A DNA stretch of 64,000 nucleotides from Eledone cirrhosa (lineage: Eukaryota). Below the pieces are notes generated by a model, which saw only the letters and a program-made list of their open reading frames with translations, was not told where the DNA came from and did not search any database. The stretch is from the NCBI GenBank assembly GCA_964016885.1, contig OZ024742.1, positions 359,166,001-359,230,000 on the forward strand. The letters run 5' to 3'. Below, in pieces: positions 27,001 to 41,100 of the stretch (positions within the stretch are counted from its first letter, which is position 1; every line of letters begins with the position of its first letter). The position numbers and the translations under genes are program-made.

Positions 27001-28607
27001 TGTCCTTGCCCTAATGCCCTTGACCATTATGCTGCGAAAAGTGAGAGCAGGATACAAGTTGGGAAGGGGAGAGCTTACCATCAATCACCTCCTCTTCATG
27101 GACGATCTTAAGCTCTTCGGGAAAAGTGAGAAGGAGTTGGATGTGCTTGTTGACACTGTCCGTATTTTCAGCAGTGATATATGTATGCAGTTTGGTATTG
27201 GTAAATGTGGAGTCATTGTGATGAGGAGGGGTAGGTTGAGCAGAAGTAGCGGGATCCAGATACCAACAGGTGAGATGATAAAGGAAATTGACTCTGAGGA
27301 AGGATACGAGTATTTCGGCGTTCTGGAGGCTGATGGCATAAAGAACAAAAAAATGAAGGAATTGTTAAGAACTGAATACATTCGGAGAGTAAGGAGCGTA
27401 TTGAAGTCACATCTGAACAGCAGAAATACCATAAGCGCAGTAAATTCCCGAGCTGTGTCTATTATTAGGTACAGTGCGGGAATTTTGAGATGGAATGTTG
27501 CTGAACAAAAAGAAATGGATAGGAAGACTAGGAAGCTATTGACTATCTACAACATGTTCCAAAGAGGAGTGATGTCGATAGACTCTACCTAAGGAGATTT
27601 GAGGGTGGAAGAGGTCTTATCAGCATAGAGGACTGTGTTCAGATGGAGAAAAACAACCTATACAAATACGTGACCTATAGTAAGGAGCCAATGCTCAAAA
27701 CTGTACTGAAGGAGGGGACAGTAGGCCAGGGGATGTCCAAGGAGGAAATAACATCAAGGAGGAAGAGCAGCCTTAAGGGAAAATCCCTTCATAGTACCTT
27801 CTTTGAGAAAACTGAATTTAGAGATCCACAGACATGGAACTGGTTGAGAAGAGGAGACCTCAAAAAGGCTACAGAAGGAATGATAATGGCTGCGCAGGAG
27901 CAGGCCCTCAAAACGAAGTGGTTGAAGCACCATATTTACAAGGAGGAGGCTAGCCCACTGTGCAGGATCTGTGGAGAGAGAGAGGAGACTGTGGCTCACA
28001 TTGTGTCCGAGTGTAAACACCTAGCCCAGACCCAGTATAAGGGCTGGAGACATGATGTGATGGGCAGGGTGATCCACTGGCACCTGTGCAAAGTGTTCAA
28101 TTTACCACATTCTGAGAAATGGTATGAGCATAAGCCAGAGGCGGTGATGGAGAACGATCAAGTGAAGGTGCTGTGGGATATTAGGATAGAGACGGACAAG
28201 AAACTGGAACACAATAGACCTGACCTGGTGGTTGTGGACAAAGAAAAAAGATCGTGTCTGATTGTGGATGTTGCCTGCCCATTCGACACGAGAGTGCAAG
28301 AGAAGGAGAGGGAGAAAATTAACCGATACCAGGACTTAAGTTGGGAGGTAAAAAGGATTTGGAACTGCTATGAAGTCAAAGTGATCCCGATTGTCATAGG
28401 CGCACTGGGGACTATCTCCAAAAGTTTCCAGGGATGGTTAAAGAAAATCGGCCCCTTCACACTTTTTGGAACGCTTCAAAAGGCATGCTTGCTGGGAACA
28501 GCAAGAACCCTCCGATACGTCCTGAATATCTGAGGCTGCAGGTAGTGGCTTGATATTCATTCCAACGGACTTTCCAGTTAACTAACATCAATGACTGAGA
28601 TTCAAGG
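24062..28607 (+). mobile_element. Near full-length R4/Dong-like RLE non-LTR retrotransposon (5' boundary uncertain)
   Basis: Single long ORF with RT, CCHC and PD-(D/E)xK-type endonuclease; preceded by (AAT)n and ends in AAT repeats. Dong-type elements are known to target (TAA)n. Confidence 0.9.
25142..28533 (+). pseudogene. RT-CCHC-RLE polyprotein with an apparently single frameshift near 27560
   Basis: 816-aa and 296-aa ORFs; TTCCAAAGAGG here versus TTCCACAAGAGG in the sister copy at ~22923 indicates a 1-nt deletion. Confidence 0.9.
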
Positions 28608-28619
28608 AATAATAAAAAT

Positions 28620-31600
28620 AATGATTTCTGTATTAACCACAAGGGTTTACATGAAGTAGACATTAAGGACAGTGCAGGACGATACAGGACGGTACAAATG
28701 GGCATTTCTGCGTGTAAAAAACAAAAACAGAGGATGTAACAAAAAATAACAATGAAAAATTCCCCAATAGGGGGGAGACTTCGGAGGGACATTTGTGGAG
28801 AAAGCCCAGTAAAAGGCCACAATGACCCTGACCACCAAGGCAAGTGCCCTCTCCCAGTTTTCCACATTTAATTTACAGATATATACTCAGAGTAGGCCCA
28901 TTCACTCGGGCCATTCTTGCTTCTCTCACCCATCTTTCAACAAAATGCTGAGAAGAGAGCACTTCCCTCTCTACTCTGATTTTACTTTTCAAATGAAATT
29001 TGAAAAAGTCAATCAGAGCATCACCGAAGAGGTAAGTGCTCGTCTTCAGCCCTTTCAAACGTGTCCACCATACTATCTCTTTCACCATGGCCACCAGGCA
29101 GATAAAAACTGCCTGCCCTTCCCGGCTAAATGAGGAGGGCGGGGCAATCCTCACGATGGACTCAGATGATAGCCGGATCTGTCCTAAACGCGACAGCAGG
29201 TATTCGACATAAACCCACAAGTTAGCAATTTTCGGACACTGGACGAGTGCGTGCAGGACGGTTTCGTCGCCCTGCGCACATCTCGGACATGCCCGGCTGA
29301 CGGCACCTCCATGCCTGTAGAGTTTATCCCGAACTGGCAAGGCTCCTCGGTAGCACTGCCAGGCCAGAGATTTCTGGAAGTTGTCCATAGGCCCTGGCCC
29401 GAAAGTTCTTCCGAAGAGATTGGCTAGTTGATTTTCGTCGACGCCTAGAGTTTCCCCAAGTACGTCGTCGCTCTTCCCCTCCACTAATCCTCTATAGAAC
29501 GCCGAGGTGGAGTTTCCACCGATCACATTGCCCGATTGGTCGAGGGCTGTGAGCGCCTGACGACATTCCAGTCTCCAGGCGCTCCCTCTCGGTCTTCGCT
29601 TGACCCAGGACTGCAGCTCCGTCAAGGAAACGAGCTGGGGAAATACGTGTCTAGCAAACGGCGACCACATCTGATCACCGTCGAGGAAGAGGTGGAGATG
29701 TCGTAGCCTGAGCGCGTGCCTGCGCATCATCACCACGGCATGCCCAGCCCTCCACGTAGCGGGTGTTGACAACAGATGGACCACCTGACCATCGGAGCGC
29801 GTCCCTTCCACAAAAAGCGAAAGAGCAAACGCTCCAGCGCAGTCAGGCGAGGCTTAGGACAAGGTACGACGGTCAGGCGGTAGCAGATGACAGACGCGAT
29901 GTACGCATTAGCCACCTCCGCTCGACCTTTCAGGGATAGCTTCCTCTCCGCCCATTTCTGGGTGAGAGAAGCCACCCTGCTCGTCACCTCGTCCAAGTTT
30001 TTGTCCGTCTGGAGGTCCGGACCGAACCAGACCCCTAGCAATTTAACCGGTCTGTCCGTCCAGCGTCCGACGACGCTGTTGGACGGCATGAACCTGCCTC
30101 TCCAGGTGCCGTGCTGTAGGCCCACTGACTTTTCCTGGTTGATCATTGCTCCTGTCACCGCTTCGTATTCTCTTAGTGTAGTGCCGATCGCCTCGATGTG
30201 TTTGGCGTTCGACACCACTACGGTGACATCGTCCGCATATGCTGACATGGATCTTCCGCATCCTAGTTCGCGCGGGACGCCCCTCAACGTCTCCAGTTTG
30301 TGCAGTAATGGCTCGAGAGTCAATGCGTACAAGAGGGACGAGAGGGGACATCCTTGGCGGACCGAGCGCATGATGTTGAACGGTTCCGACAGGTGACCGT
30401 TCACTCTCACCACAGCGCAGATGTCACTGTGCATGGCAGCGATCCAGCCTCTGAAGACGGGCCCAAAGCCAGCCGCCCTCAGGACTGCCGCTAGGTAACG
30501 ATGGTCGACCCTATCGAAAGCTTTCGACTGATCTAAATTGATAAAGCACCCACCCGTGCCAGGTTCCCTAGCTACCCTCTCTACGATGTATCGCATGAGG
30601 TGGAGGTTGTCGTGTATGGATCTGTCGGGAACGGCGCATGTCTGCGCCTCTCCCACCAGACCACCAACGACAAGCGCCAACTTCTTTGCTAGCACCTTGG
30701 TCAAAATCTTGAACTCTGTGTTTAGCAGGGTTATGGGCCTGAAATTATCTATGTTATCCCCCTTGTTCGGATCCTTTCTCAGCAGTGCCACAAAGACCGG
30801 ATCGTAGCTTTGTTGCCACGACGCGCCTCCGCCACTTGGGCCCATTGAACGGCTTTCGTGCCCTCGTGTCTGAGAGCACGCACCCTTGCTCTGACAACGC
30901 AGCCTTCGTGCTTTGCATTGAAGAATTGGCCAAGGGCCAATTTCGCCGCAAGCACGTCGGTCGCAATGCCTTTGCTAAGCGCCTCGTCTAATTTTCTAAC
31001 TAGTTCTCCCTCTGCTCTATTTTTCTCTATTGCTAAAGCCTTACTAAACCTAATCGATTCTATTCTAATCTCTCCTTTCAGAGCAAACCACCACTTGTTG
31101 TTGACGATGGCCCCCGTCAACGCCCGCTTAACTAGTTCGCTAATCCGGTCTCTGTAGGCCTTGCGTGCTGGTAAGGACGCGTTTAGCTTCCAGTAGCCGG
31201 GTCCTCGTCTATGAAGCCTATCTAAGTTAAGCACACAGATCACGAATTTGTGGTCCGTGTAGCTGACTATCTTGAATTGTGGACAGCCTATGCTAGACCT
31301 ATCTATTTCCCTACAAAATACTCTATCTAGATATGATCTGGATGACCCTATGCGATTTGTCCAAGTCCACATTGGCACATTCGGGAAATCCAATCGGTAC
31401 CTGTCAGACAGTTCAAAACGCCTGAGCAGGTTGGTGAGGCTCTTGCACCCTCCACCCCTATCCGCTAATCCCACACAGTCCCAGCGTGCATCTAAGATCC
31501 CATTCCAGTCACCCACTAACACTAAAGAGCGGGACGTTCCAAGAAAGGTCTCCAGACGCCGGAAGAAATCAGGCCGCCCTGCTCCTGTCGGGGCATAGAC

Positions 31601-34278
31601 GGCCACTAGCCTGAAAGCTTGCCCGTCTCCGCTGGTCACGTCCAGCACCACCAACTTACCCTCTGGGTCCAGTAAGATGGCCCGTATGGCGAGATCCAAA
31701 CCTCTCCGAAAAAGCACAGCAACTCCTCCCCCCGATCCAGGACGACTGGGAGATGCGTACACACGTAGCCGCCGAAGATCGGTGCGAAGGCCCGTGCTTA
31801 GGAGATTCTGGTCTCGCTGATGGCCACTACATCTATGTTTAGTGACCTGAGGTCGTTGAGCAGGTAACCCTGCTTCCATGACGACCCCAAACCACGCGCA
31901 TTTATGCTGCCTATTCTGAGTGAGGTCATGTTTAAAATAGAGTGGAAAAGATGGTAAAGACCACTTACCGTACTTTTCGTAGAGGAGGGATGGTTTTTAC
32001 ATCCCTTTTCACTTGATCTTCTGGTGACAGGACTGTTGAATCATCCCTTCGGCTGGTCGTCGGCTCTTCAATGAGTATGTCCGAATATACTGTTCGGTTT
32101 GATAGTTCCTCCTTGGTCCCTGAAATCACCGACTGCGTTGGGGAATTTCGTTTTAATGTTTGTGTATTGTTTCTGTGCTATTTTTAGCAGTCTTAGGTCA
32201 GTTGGCGTTTTGATTGGTGCTGGTATTATGTAGTCCTGTTGTGAAATGTCTGTGTGTTCAATTATGTATGTCATTAGTTTCTTGTTGTGTGTATTTAATG
32301 CCGTGCATTTGTTTTTCTGGGGGTGGGGTGTGGTTCTGCTATTTTCTTGTCGTTGTTGCTGGGTGTGTGTTTTTGTTGTTGTGTTTGCGATGTTGGTGCT
32401 TGTGGTGGTGGTGTTGAAGGTGTTGTTGGCGGTGGGGTTGTCGCCGGTGGTGATGGTGGTGCGAGTGTGGGTGGTGATGGTGTTGGTGGTGTTGCTGCTG
32501 TGAGTCTCTTTGCAGTAGACTTTACCCTTTTTTCATTTCTTTCCTCCCTTTTCAAAGGCGACGATGCGCTGCTTCTGCGTTTGTGCCTTCTTACGACCTT
32601 TTGCCATCCCTCTCCCACCTCACACTCCATGTCTGATTCTGTGAGGTCGGGGAGGGGTACCAGCTCCACTCTTTCACTTGTTGTTGTTGGTGATGTTTGC
32701 ACTGGAGTCTCTGTTGTAGCTGCATTTGGTATTGCTGTTGTTGTTGTTTATATTTCCACTGCTGCTGCTGTTTTTGATTTCCGTGGCGTGGGTATGGGTG
32801 CCACGGACCTATCGTTCCCGGTTGCCGCTTGTCCTGTTGCTGGTAGCCGTGGAGCCGGTTTCGGAAGGAGGGGGGTTTTCTCCTTTCTCAGGGTCTTCTC
32901 TTTGCAGAAGGCCCTGCGGTGAGTCTTCGATCCACAGCAAAAGCATTTCGGGCGTTTGCCCTCAACACTTATGGGCAGTTGAGTGCCGTTATCGAAGTCT
33001 ATCACATCCGGGATAGCTTCGATGCACTCCTGGTTGGTTTGGATTAACATCTCAATGGAGGTGCCGACCCAATCTTCTCTTACTTTTTTCTGTACTTGCA
33101 GTACAGTTGTTTTGTCCTCGATTCCGACGAGGACAGACGCGGCCAGCCAAGAAGGGGCCATCCCGGAGGGGACGTGGGTCAGTTTGACCCTCACAATTTT
33201 TTGCCCGCAGTTGGAGGGCATCAACACCATTTCCTCGCTCCTTAGGGTCACAACGGATTGAGCCTTTGCCTCCTGGTGTGTGGCAAAAAGTACGTCTACG
33301 GTGGCATATTTTTTGCCTCGGGTGATGTGCGTTTTCCGCTGCCACACAGACCCCAAGGCTTTTTGTATTTGAGCCTCTGTGGCTCTTTCAACCCTACGGG
33401 ATTTTGTACTTACTGTACGGTACGTGACCGTACAGTGCTGTTGGGTTTCGAAACATTTTTCCGCTGCCTCGCAGATTGCTCGGTGTCCAGTTTTTGTCAC
33501 CATCTTCTTCGCTTCCTCTAATTCCTCATTTGTTATGAGGATTGTTTCCAGGTTCTTCGCGATACCTGCAAACGAGTTGGTTTTTCTTTGCTGCTGCTGT
33601 TGTTGTTGTTGTCGTCAGAGCTGCTGTTACTTTTGTTGTTGCTGCAGGTACTACGACTACTGCCGCCGCCGCTGTTGCTGTGGTTGTTGTTGGTGTTGCT
33701 GCTGGTAATGATGTTGTTGTTTATGCTGCTGGTGATGCTGTTGCGGCTGCTACTGTTGTTTTCATTGTCACTGTTGCTGTTGTTATTACAGCTGCTACTG
33801 CTATTATTCCTGACGTCAGACGAATGAAATGGGTTTTCGTATTTCCCGCACATCTGTTTCGTCGTTGTCGTCGTCGTCGTGGAGAAATCTTGCACGCTTT
33901 GCACGAGACTTTTCTTTTTTGTCGTCGCTTGCGAAAGAGAAGGGAGGGAGAGAGACACATTTAAAGAAGGGAGGGAGAGAGACAATCTTCTCTCTGCTGT
34001 AGTGACGATTGAGGAAGAAGAAGACGGAATGAGTGGGAGTGACCTATGAAAATTCTTTCGTAGTTGTTTTTTTTGTTTAAAATAAATATTGGGTACAAAA
34101 CCCCAATAAGCAGTTATTTAACCCCGAAGGGCCAAATAACGGGCAGAAAGACCCCTCTCACGAGGAGGAGGGTGTTTTTGTCTACAAGTTGGTTTAAGTT
34201 TTAAACAATTTACAATTGTTATAGCGTTCAAAATTTACAATACCTTACAGAGCTGAGCCTCCGTCAACCATAGCATTC
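28620..34278 (-). mobile_element. Tx1/L1-clade LINE, element C (same family as B), with an ~360-bp deletion in ORF2
   Basis: Nearly identical to B by eye; intact CCHC knuckle CFCCGSKTHRRAFC in ORF 32748-33503; (AAT)n at the 5' flank. Confidence 0.93.
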
Positions 34279-34311
<33 letters not shown>

Positions 34312-34380
34312 TGTTTCTACTTTAGGCACAAGGCCAGCAATTACCCAGTGCGTTACTGGTACTTTATTTTATCGACCCCG
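34279..34380 (-). mobile_element. SINE 3' half with an expanded (ATT)n tail abutting element C
   Basis: (AAT)n followed by TGTTTCTACTTTAGGCACAAGGCCAGC...TCGACCCCG. Confidence 0.8.
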
Positions 34381-34617
34381 TATAATAATAATAATAATAA
34401 TATATAACTGCCTGTTCACAATTCATCTTATGGGAAATATTCTGTACTTTTTGAACACAGTAAAGTGACAGCGCAATGAACATATATTGTCTATAACTTT
34501 TCTTAAGTGATGGTGATTGTAGTGGTGTCTCTTGTGGTCAGTACTGCTGTTTTTTAACCGCATACCAGTCCCAAACAAATAGAATTATTATTCAAAGCAT
34601 TCTCAAATTAAGGCATG

Positions 34618-36417
34618 TTAACCTATGTGTACTTTATATTTCACGTCCATAGGCTGTGTTTCCTGGTAGAATTAACTGCTACTTCTAATTAACCTATGTG
34701 TACTTTATATTTCACGTACATAGGCTGTGTTTCCTGGTAGAATTAACTGCTACTTCTAATTAATCTATGTGTACTTTATATTTCACGTCCATAGGCTGAT
34801 TCCTGGTAGAATTAACTGCTACTTCTAATTAACCTATGTGTACTTTATATTTCACGTCCATAGGCTGTTTCCTGGTAGAATTAACTGCTACTTCTAATTA
34901 ATCTATGTGTACTTTATATTTCACGTCCATAGGCTGATTCCTGGTAGAATTAACTGCTACTTCTAATTAGCCTATGTGTACTTTATATTTCACGTCCATA
35001 GGCTGTGTTTCCTGGTAGAATTAACTGCTACTTCTAATTAATCTATGTGTACTTTATATTTCACGTCCATAGTCTGTTTCCTGGTAGAATTAACTGCTAC
35101 TTCTAATTAATCTATGTGTACTTTATATTTCACGTCCATAGGCTGATTCCTGGTAGAATTAACTGCTACTTCTAATTAGCCTATGTGTACTTTATATTTC
35201 ACGTCCATAGGCTGTGTTTCCTGGTAGAATTAACTGCTACTTCTAATTAATCTATGTGTACTTTATATTTCACGTCCATAGTCTGTTTCCTGGTAGAATT
35301 AAATATTACTTCTAATTAATCTATGTGTACTTTATATTTCACGTCCATAGGCTGATTCCTGGTAGAATTAACTGCTACTTCTAATTAATCTATGTGTACT
35401 TTATATTTCACGTCCATAGGCTGATTCCTGGTAGAATTAACTGCTACTTCTAATTAATCTATGTGTACTTTATATTTCACGTCCATAGTCTGTTTCCTGG
35501 TAGAATTAACTGCTACTTCTAATTAACCTAAGTGTACTTTATATTTCACGTCCATAGTATGTTTCCTGGTAGAATTAACTGCTACTTCTAATTAACCTAT
35601 GTGTACTTTATATTTCACGTCCATGGGCTGATTCCTGGTAGAATTAACTGCTACTTCTAATTAACCTAAGTGTACTTTATATTTCACGTCCATAGTATGT
35701 TTCCTGGTAGAATTAACTGCTACTTCTAATTAACCTATGTGTACTTTATATTTCACGTCCATAGTCTGTTTCCTGGTAGAATTAACTGCTACTTCTAATT
35801 AACCTAAGTGTACTTTATATTTCACGTCCATAGTATGTTTCCTGGTAGAATTAACTGCTACTTCTAATTAACCTATGTGTACTTTATATTTCACGTCCAT
35901 GGGCTGATTCCTGGTAGAATTAACTGCTACTTCTAATTAACCTAAGTGTACTTTATATTTCACGTCCATAGTATGTTTCCTGGTAGAATTAACTGCTACT
36001 TCTAATTAACCTATGTGTACTTTATATTTCACGTCCATAGTCTGTTTCCTGGTAGAATTAACTGCTACTTCTAATTAACCTAAGTGTACTTTATATTTCA
36101 CGTCCATAGTATGTTTCCTGGTAGAATTAACTGCTACTTCTAATTAACCTATGTGTACTTTATATTTCACGTCCATAGTCTGTTTCCTGGTAAAATTAAC
36201 TGCTACTTCTAATTAACCTATGTCTACTTTATATTTCACGTCCATGGGCTGATTCCTGGTAGAATTAACTGCTACTTCTAATTAGCCTATGTGTACTTTA
36301 TATTTCACGTCCATAGGCTGTTTCCTGGTAGAATTAACTGCTTCTTCTAATTAACCTATGTATACTTTATATTTCACGTCCATGGGCTGTGTTTTCTGGT
36401 AGATATTACTTCTAATA
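34618..36417. repeat. Minisatellite, 69-71-bp unit, about 26 copies
   Basis: Unit AATTAACCTATGTGTACTTTATATTTCACGTCCATAGGCTGTTTCCTGGTAGAATTAACTGCTACTTCT. Confidence 0.97.
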
Positions 36418-36567
36418 GAGACAGGTCAACGTTTCCTCGTATACTCAATAACTTGAGGGTCATTGTGATTGTATTGGGTTTGTTTAGAAGGACCATTTTC
36501 GTAACTGCCCTCTTAACTATTCACAAGTTATTCCTGTCATATTTATATTTACATCCTATCCTATCTG

Positions 36568-36665
36568 CATTAACTTTGCCTTTCATCCTCACGAGGTCGA
36601 TAAAATAAAGTACCAGTAATACACTGGGATAATTGCTGGCCTTGTGCCAAAGGTAGAAACAATTG
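36568..36665 (+). mobile_element. SINE 3' half
   Basis: TTAACTTTGCCTTTCATCC...GTAGAAACAATT. Confidence 0.8.
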
Positions 36666-37621
36666 TAATTATCAATATTCAAGGAACGTTATCCCCGTTA
36701 AGCAAATAATTTTAGAATATCTTTAAAAGTTCTCTCACAAAAATCCCTGTCTGCTTTGTAATGTATGCCAAAATAGTTTTGGAAATATTTTATATATAAT
36801 ATTGAACAAGCATTGTATCTTAAACCCAGCTGCTTTAGCAGGCATCTTATATTTATATTGTTGGAATCCTGTATCTTTTCGATGCGTATGAGGTAATGCT
36901 GGCGTTCAGATTCCCCATATATTTTTCTCATTTAGTTCAAAGAAGAAAAGCAGAGTCCCTTGCCATTTATGGATTCGGAGAAATATGGCTCCATATCAGT
37001 TAACAAGAGTATCCATAGATATGCGTGGAGAGAGAAGGGGTTATTTAAGGGAGAAAAACATTGAAGAACGTGTAAAAATTGGTTCTGATGTGTGAAATAC
37101 AATAATGTCGTTTAGAAAATGAAAATCATATGTTGAAAAGGTTTTAACAGACATGGCTGTTACTTTACAAATATAGTTGGTTAGAAACAGAATATAGTAT
37201 CATTAGTACTGTTACTGGTATATATATCATATGTTACTGGAATAATACACTGCAACAATGGGATAATAATTACATGTGCATCTTGGTGTAACATTTGGGA
37301 TATGATTTAGAAAGCATTCTTCGTAGATATGGTCAGGTTTGTCTGAATGTGCAGTAAATAACCTGTATCTTTTATCTGATTGTAGTTTGGGAATATAGGA
37401 GTAGTGTTCGAATGATGCATCATTGTGATGGACGATGAAATGCCTTCATAATCGGGAATAAATCATGATTGCGATATAATATAATGTCTGGGCATGATTT
37501 TCTAATGTCTACGGAGTTAGGGGAGGTAGAAGAGATAGGGGAGATAGGGGAGTCTATCTCGATAATCATTATACACGAACACTTGATAAAAACAGCTTAA
37601 ACTACCTCAAATGGCTGTGTG

Positions 37622-37917
37622 CAGGGTTGGATGTAGAACTTGGGGGCCCGATGCAGTTCAGGTTCGATGAGGGCCCTCATTCACAAAAAAATTAGAATAC
37701 ACAGCAAACCTCCCAATTTTATATATCAAAGTTAGTTTGGCGCAAGTAATTGAAAGTTAAACATACAGTTATTCAAAAATTCTAGCCATCCTAAAACTAA
37801 AAAGCCTAGCTGAGGGCACAAATAAATTTCTATGTCGCTGGTGTGGTCCCCCACAGTATGGGGACCCGGGCTATTGCCCCCTTTGCCCCCTCCCTCCACC
37901 CGTTAAATCCGGCCCTG
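37622..37917. mobile_element. hAT-type MITE (~300 bp)
   Basis: Imperfect TIRs CAGGGTTGGATGTA / TAAATCCGGCCCTG; 8-bp TSD GCTGTGTG (37614-37621) / GCCGTGTG (37918-37925). Confidence 0.8.
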
Positions 37918-37965
37918 GCCGTGTGATAAAGTCTGGCTCCACATGGTTGCGTAAACAACCCTTTA

Positions 37966-38095
37966 AACATAGAGCTATACCTACTATGACATAGAGCCAT
38001 CCCTACTATAACATAGAGATATACATACTATAACATAGAGCTATACCTACTATAACATACAGATATACCTACTATAACATAGATATACCAACTAT
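37966..38095. repeat. ~22-bp tandem repeat, about 6 copies
   Basis: Units like AACATAGAGCTATACCTACTAT. Confidence 0.85.
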
Positions 38096-38185
38096 CTTAT
38101 ATTAATAAAATATTTCCATTCTTTTGATAGCCAGTATTGTATTTTTCGCAACATTGTGGGAACAAAATTGAGCTTTTCGAGAGAC

Positions 38186-41100
38186 ATTAGATATGGCGAC
38201 ACTATCAGACGATATTAGATATGGCGACACTATCAGACGATATTAGATATGGCGACACTATCAGACGATATTAGATATGGCCACACTATCAGACGATATT
38301 AGATATGGCGACACTATCACACGATATTAGATATGGCGACACTATCAGACGATATTAGATATGGCGACACTATCAGACGATATTTGATATGGTCACATTA
38401 TCAGACGATATTAGATATGGTCACACTATCAGACGATACTAGATATGGCGACACTATCAGACGATATTAGATATGGCGACACTATCAGACGATATTAGAT
38501 ATGGCGACACTATCAGACGATATTAGATATGGCGACACTATCAGACGATATTAGATATGGCGACACTATCAGACGATATTTGATATGGTCACATTATCAG
38601 ACGATATTAGATATGGCGACACTATCAGACGATATTAGATATGGCGACACTATCAGACGATATTAGATATGGCGACACTATCACACGATATTAGATATGG
38701 CGACACTATCACACGATATTAGATATGGCGACACTATCAGACGATATTAGATATGGCGACACTATCAGACGATATTAGATATGGCCACATTATCAGACGA
38801 TATTAGATATGGCCACACTATCAGACGATATTAGATATGGTCACACTATCAGACGATATTAGATATGGTCACACTATCAGACGATATTTGATATGGTCAC
38901 ACTATCAGACGATATTAGATATGGCGACACTATCAGACGATATTAGATATGGTCACACTATCAGACGATATTAGATATGGTCACACTATCAGACGATATT
39001 TGATATGGTCACACTATCAGACGATATTAGATATGGCGACACTATCAGACGATATTAGATATGGCCACACTATCAGACGATATTAGATATGGCCACACTA
39101 TCAGACGATATTAGATATGGCTACACTATCAGACGATATTAGATATGGTCACACTATCAGACGATATTAGATATGGTCACACTATCAGACGATATTAGAT
39201 ATGGCCACACTATCAGACGATATTAGATATGACCACATTATCAGACGATATTAGACATGGCCACACTATCAGACGATATTAGATATGGCCACACTATCAG
39301 ACGATATTAGACGTGGCCACACTATCACACGATATTAGATATGGCTACACTATCAGACGATATTAGACATGGCCACACTATCAGACGATATTAGATATGG
39401 CCACACTATCAGACGATATTAGATCTGGCCACACTATCAGACGATATTAGATATGGTCACACTATCAGACGATATTAGATATGGCCACACTATCAGACGA
39501 TATTAGATATGACCACATTATCAGACGATATTAGACATGGCCACACTATCAGACGATATTAGATATCGCCACACTATCAGACGATATTAGATATGGTCAC
39601 ACTATCAGGCGATATTAGATATGGCCACACTATCACACGATATTAGATATGGCCACACTATCAGACGATATTAGACATGGCCACACTATCAGACGATATT
39701 AGATCTGGCCACACTATCAGACGATATTAGACGTGGCCACACTATCAGACGATATTAGATATGGCCACACTATCAGACGATATTAGACGTGGCCACACTA
39801 TCACACGATATTAGATATGGCCACATTATCAGACGATATTAGATATGGTCACACTATCAGACGATATTAGATATGGTCACACTATCAGACGATATTAGAT
39901 ATGGCGACACTATCAGACGATATTATATATGGCCACACTATCATACGATATTAGATATGGCCACACAATCAGACGATATTAGATATGGTCACACTATCAT
40001 ACGATATTAGATATGGTCACACTATCAGACGATATTAGATATGGTCACACTATCAGACGATATTAGATATGGTCACACTATCAGACGATATTAGATATGG
40101 CCACATTATCAGGCGATATTAGATATGGTCACACTATCAGACGATAGTTGATATGGTCACACTATCAGACGATATTAGATATGGCGACACTATCAGACGA
40201 TATTAGATATGGCCACACTATCAGACGATATTAGATATGGCGACACTATCAGACGATATTAGATATGGCGACACTATCAGACGATATTAGATATGGCGAC
40301 ACTATCACACGATATTAGATATGGCGACACTATCAGACGATATTAGATATGGCGACACCATCAGACGATATTAGATATGGCCACATTATCAGACGATATT
40401 ATATATGGTCACACTATCAGACGATATTAGATATGGTCACACTATCAGACGATATTAGATATGGTCACACTATCAGACGATATTAGATATGGCCACATTA
40501 TCAGACGATATTAGATATGGTCACACGATCAGACGATATTAGATATGGTCACACTATCAGACGATATTTGATATGGTCACACTATCAGACGATATTAGAT
40601 ATGGCGACACTATCAGACGATATTAGATATGGCCACACTATCAGACGATATTAGATATGGTCACACTATCAGACGATATTAGATATGGCCACATTATCAG
40701 ACGATATTAGATATGGTCACACTATCAGACGATATTAGATATGGCCACACTATCAGACGATATTAGATATGGTCACACTATCAGACGATATTAGATATGG
40801 TCACACTATCAGACGATATTAGATATGGTCACACTATCAGACGATATTAGATCTGGCCACACTATCAGACGATATTAGATATGGCCACATTATCAGACGA
40901 TATTAGATATGGTCACACTATCAGACGATATTAGATATGGCCACACTATCAGACGATATTAGATATGGCGACACTATCAGACGATATTAGATATGGCCAC
41001 ACTATCAGACGATATTAGATATGGTCACACTATCAGACGATATTAGATATGGTCACACTATCAGACGATATTAGATATGGCCACACTATCAGACGATATT

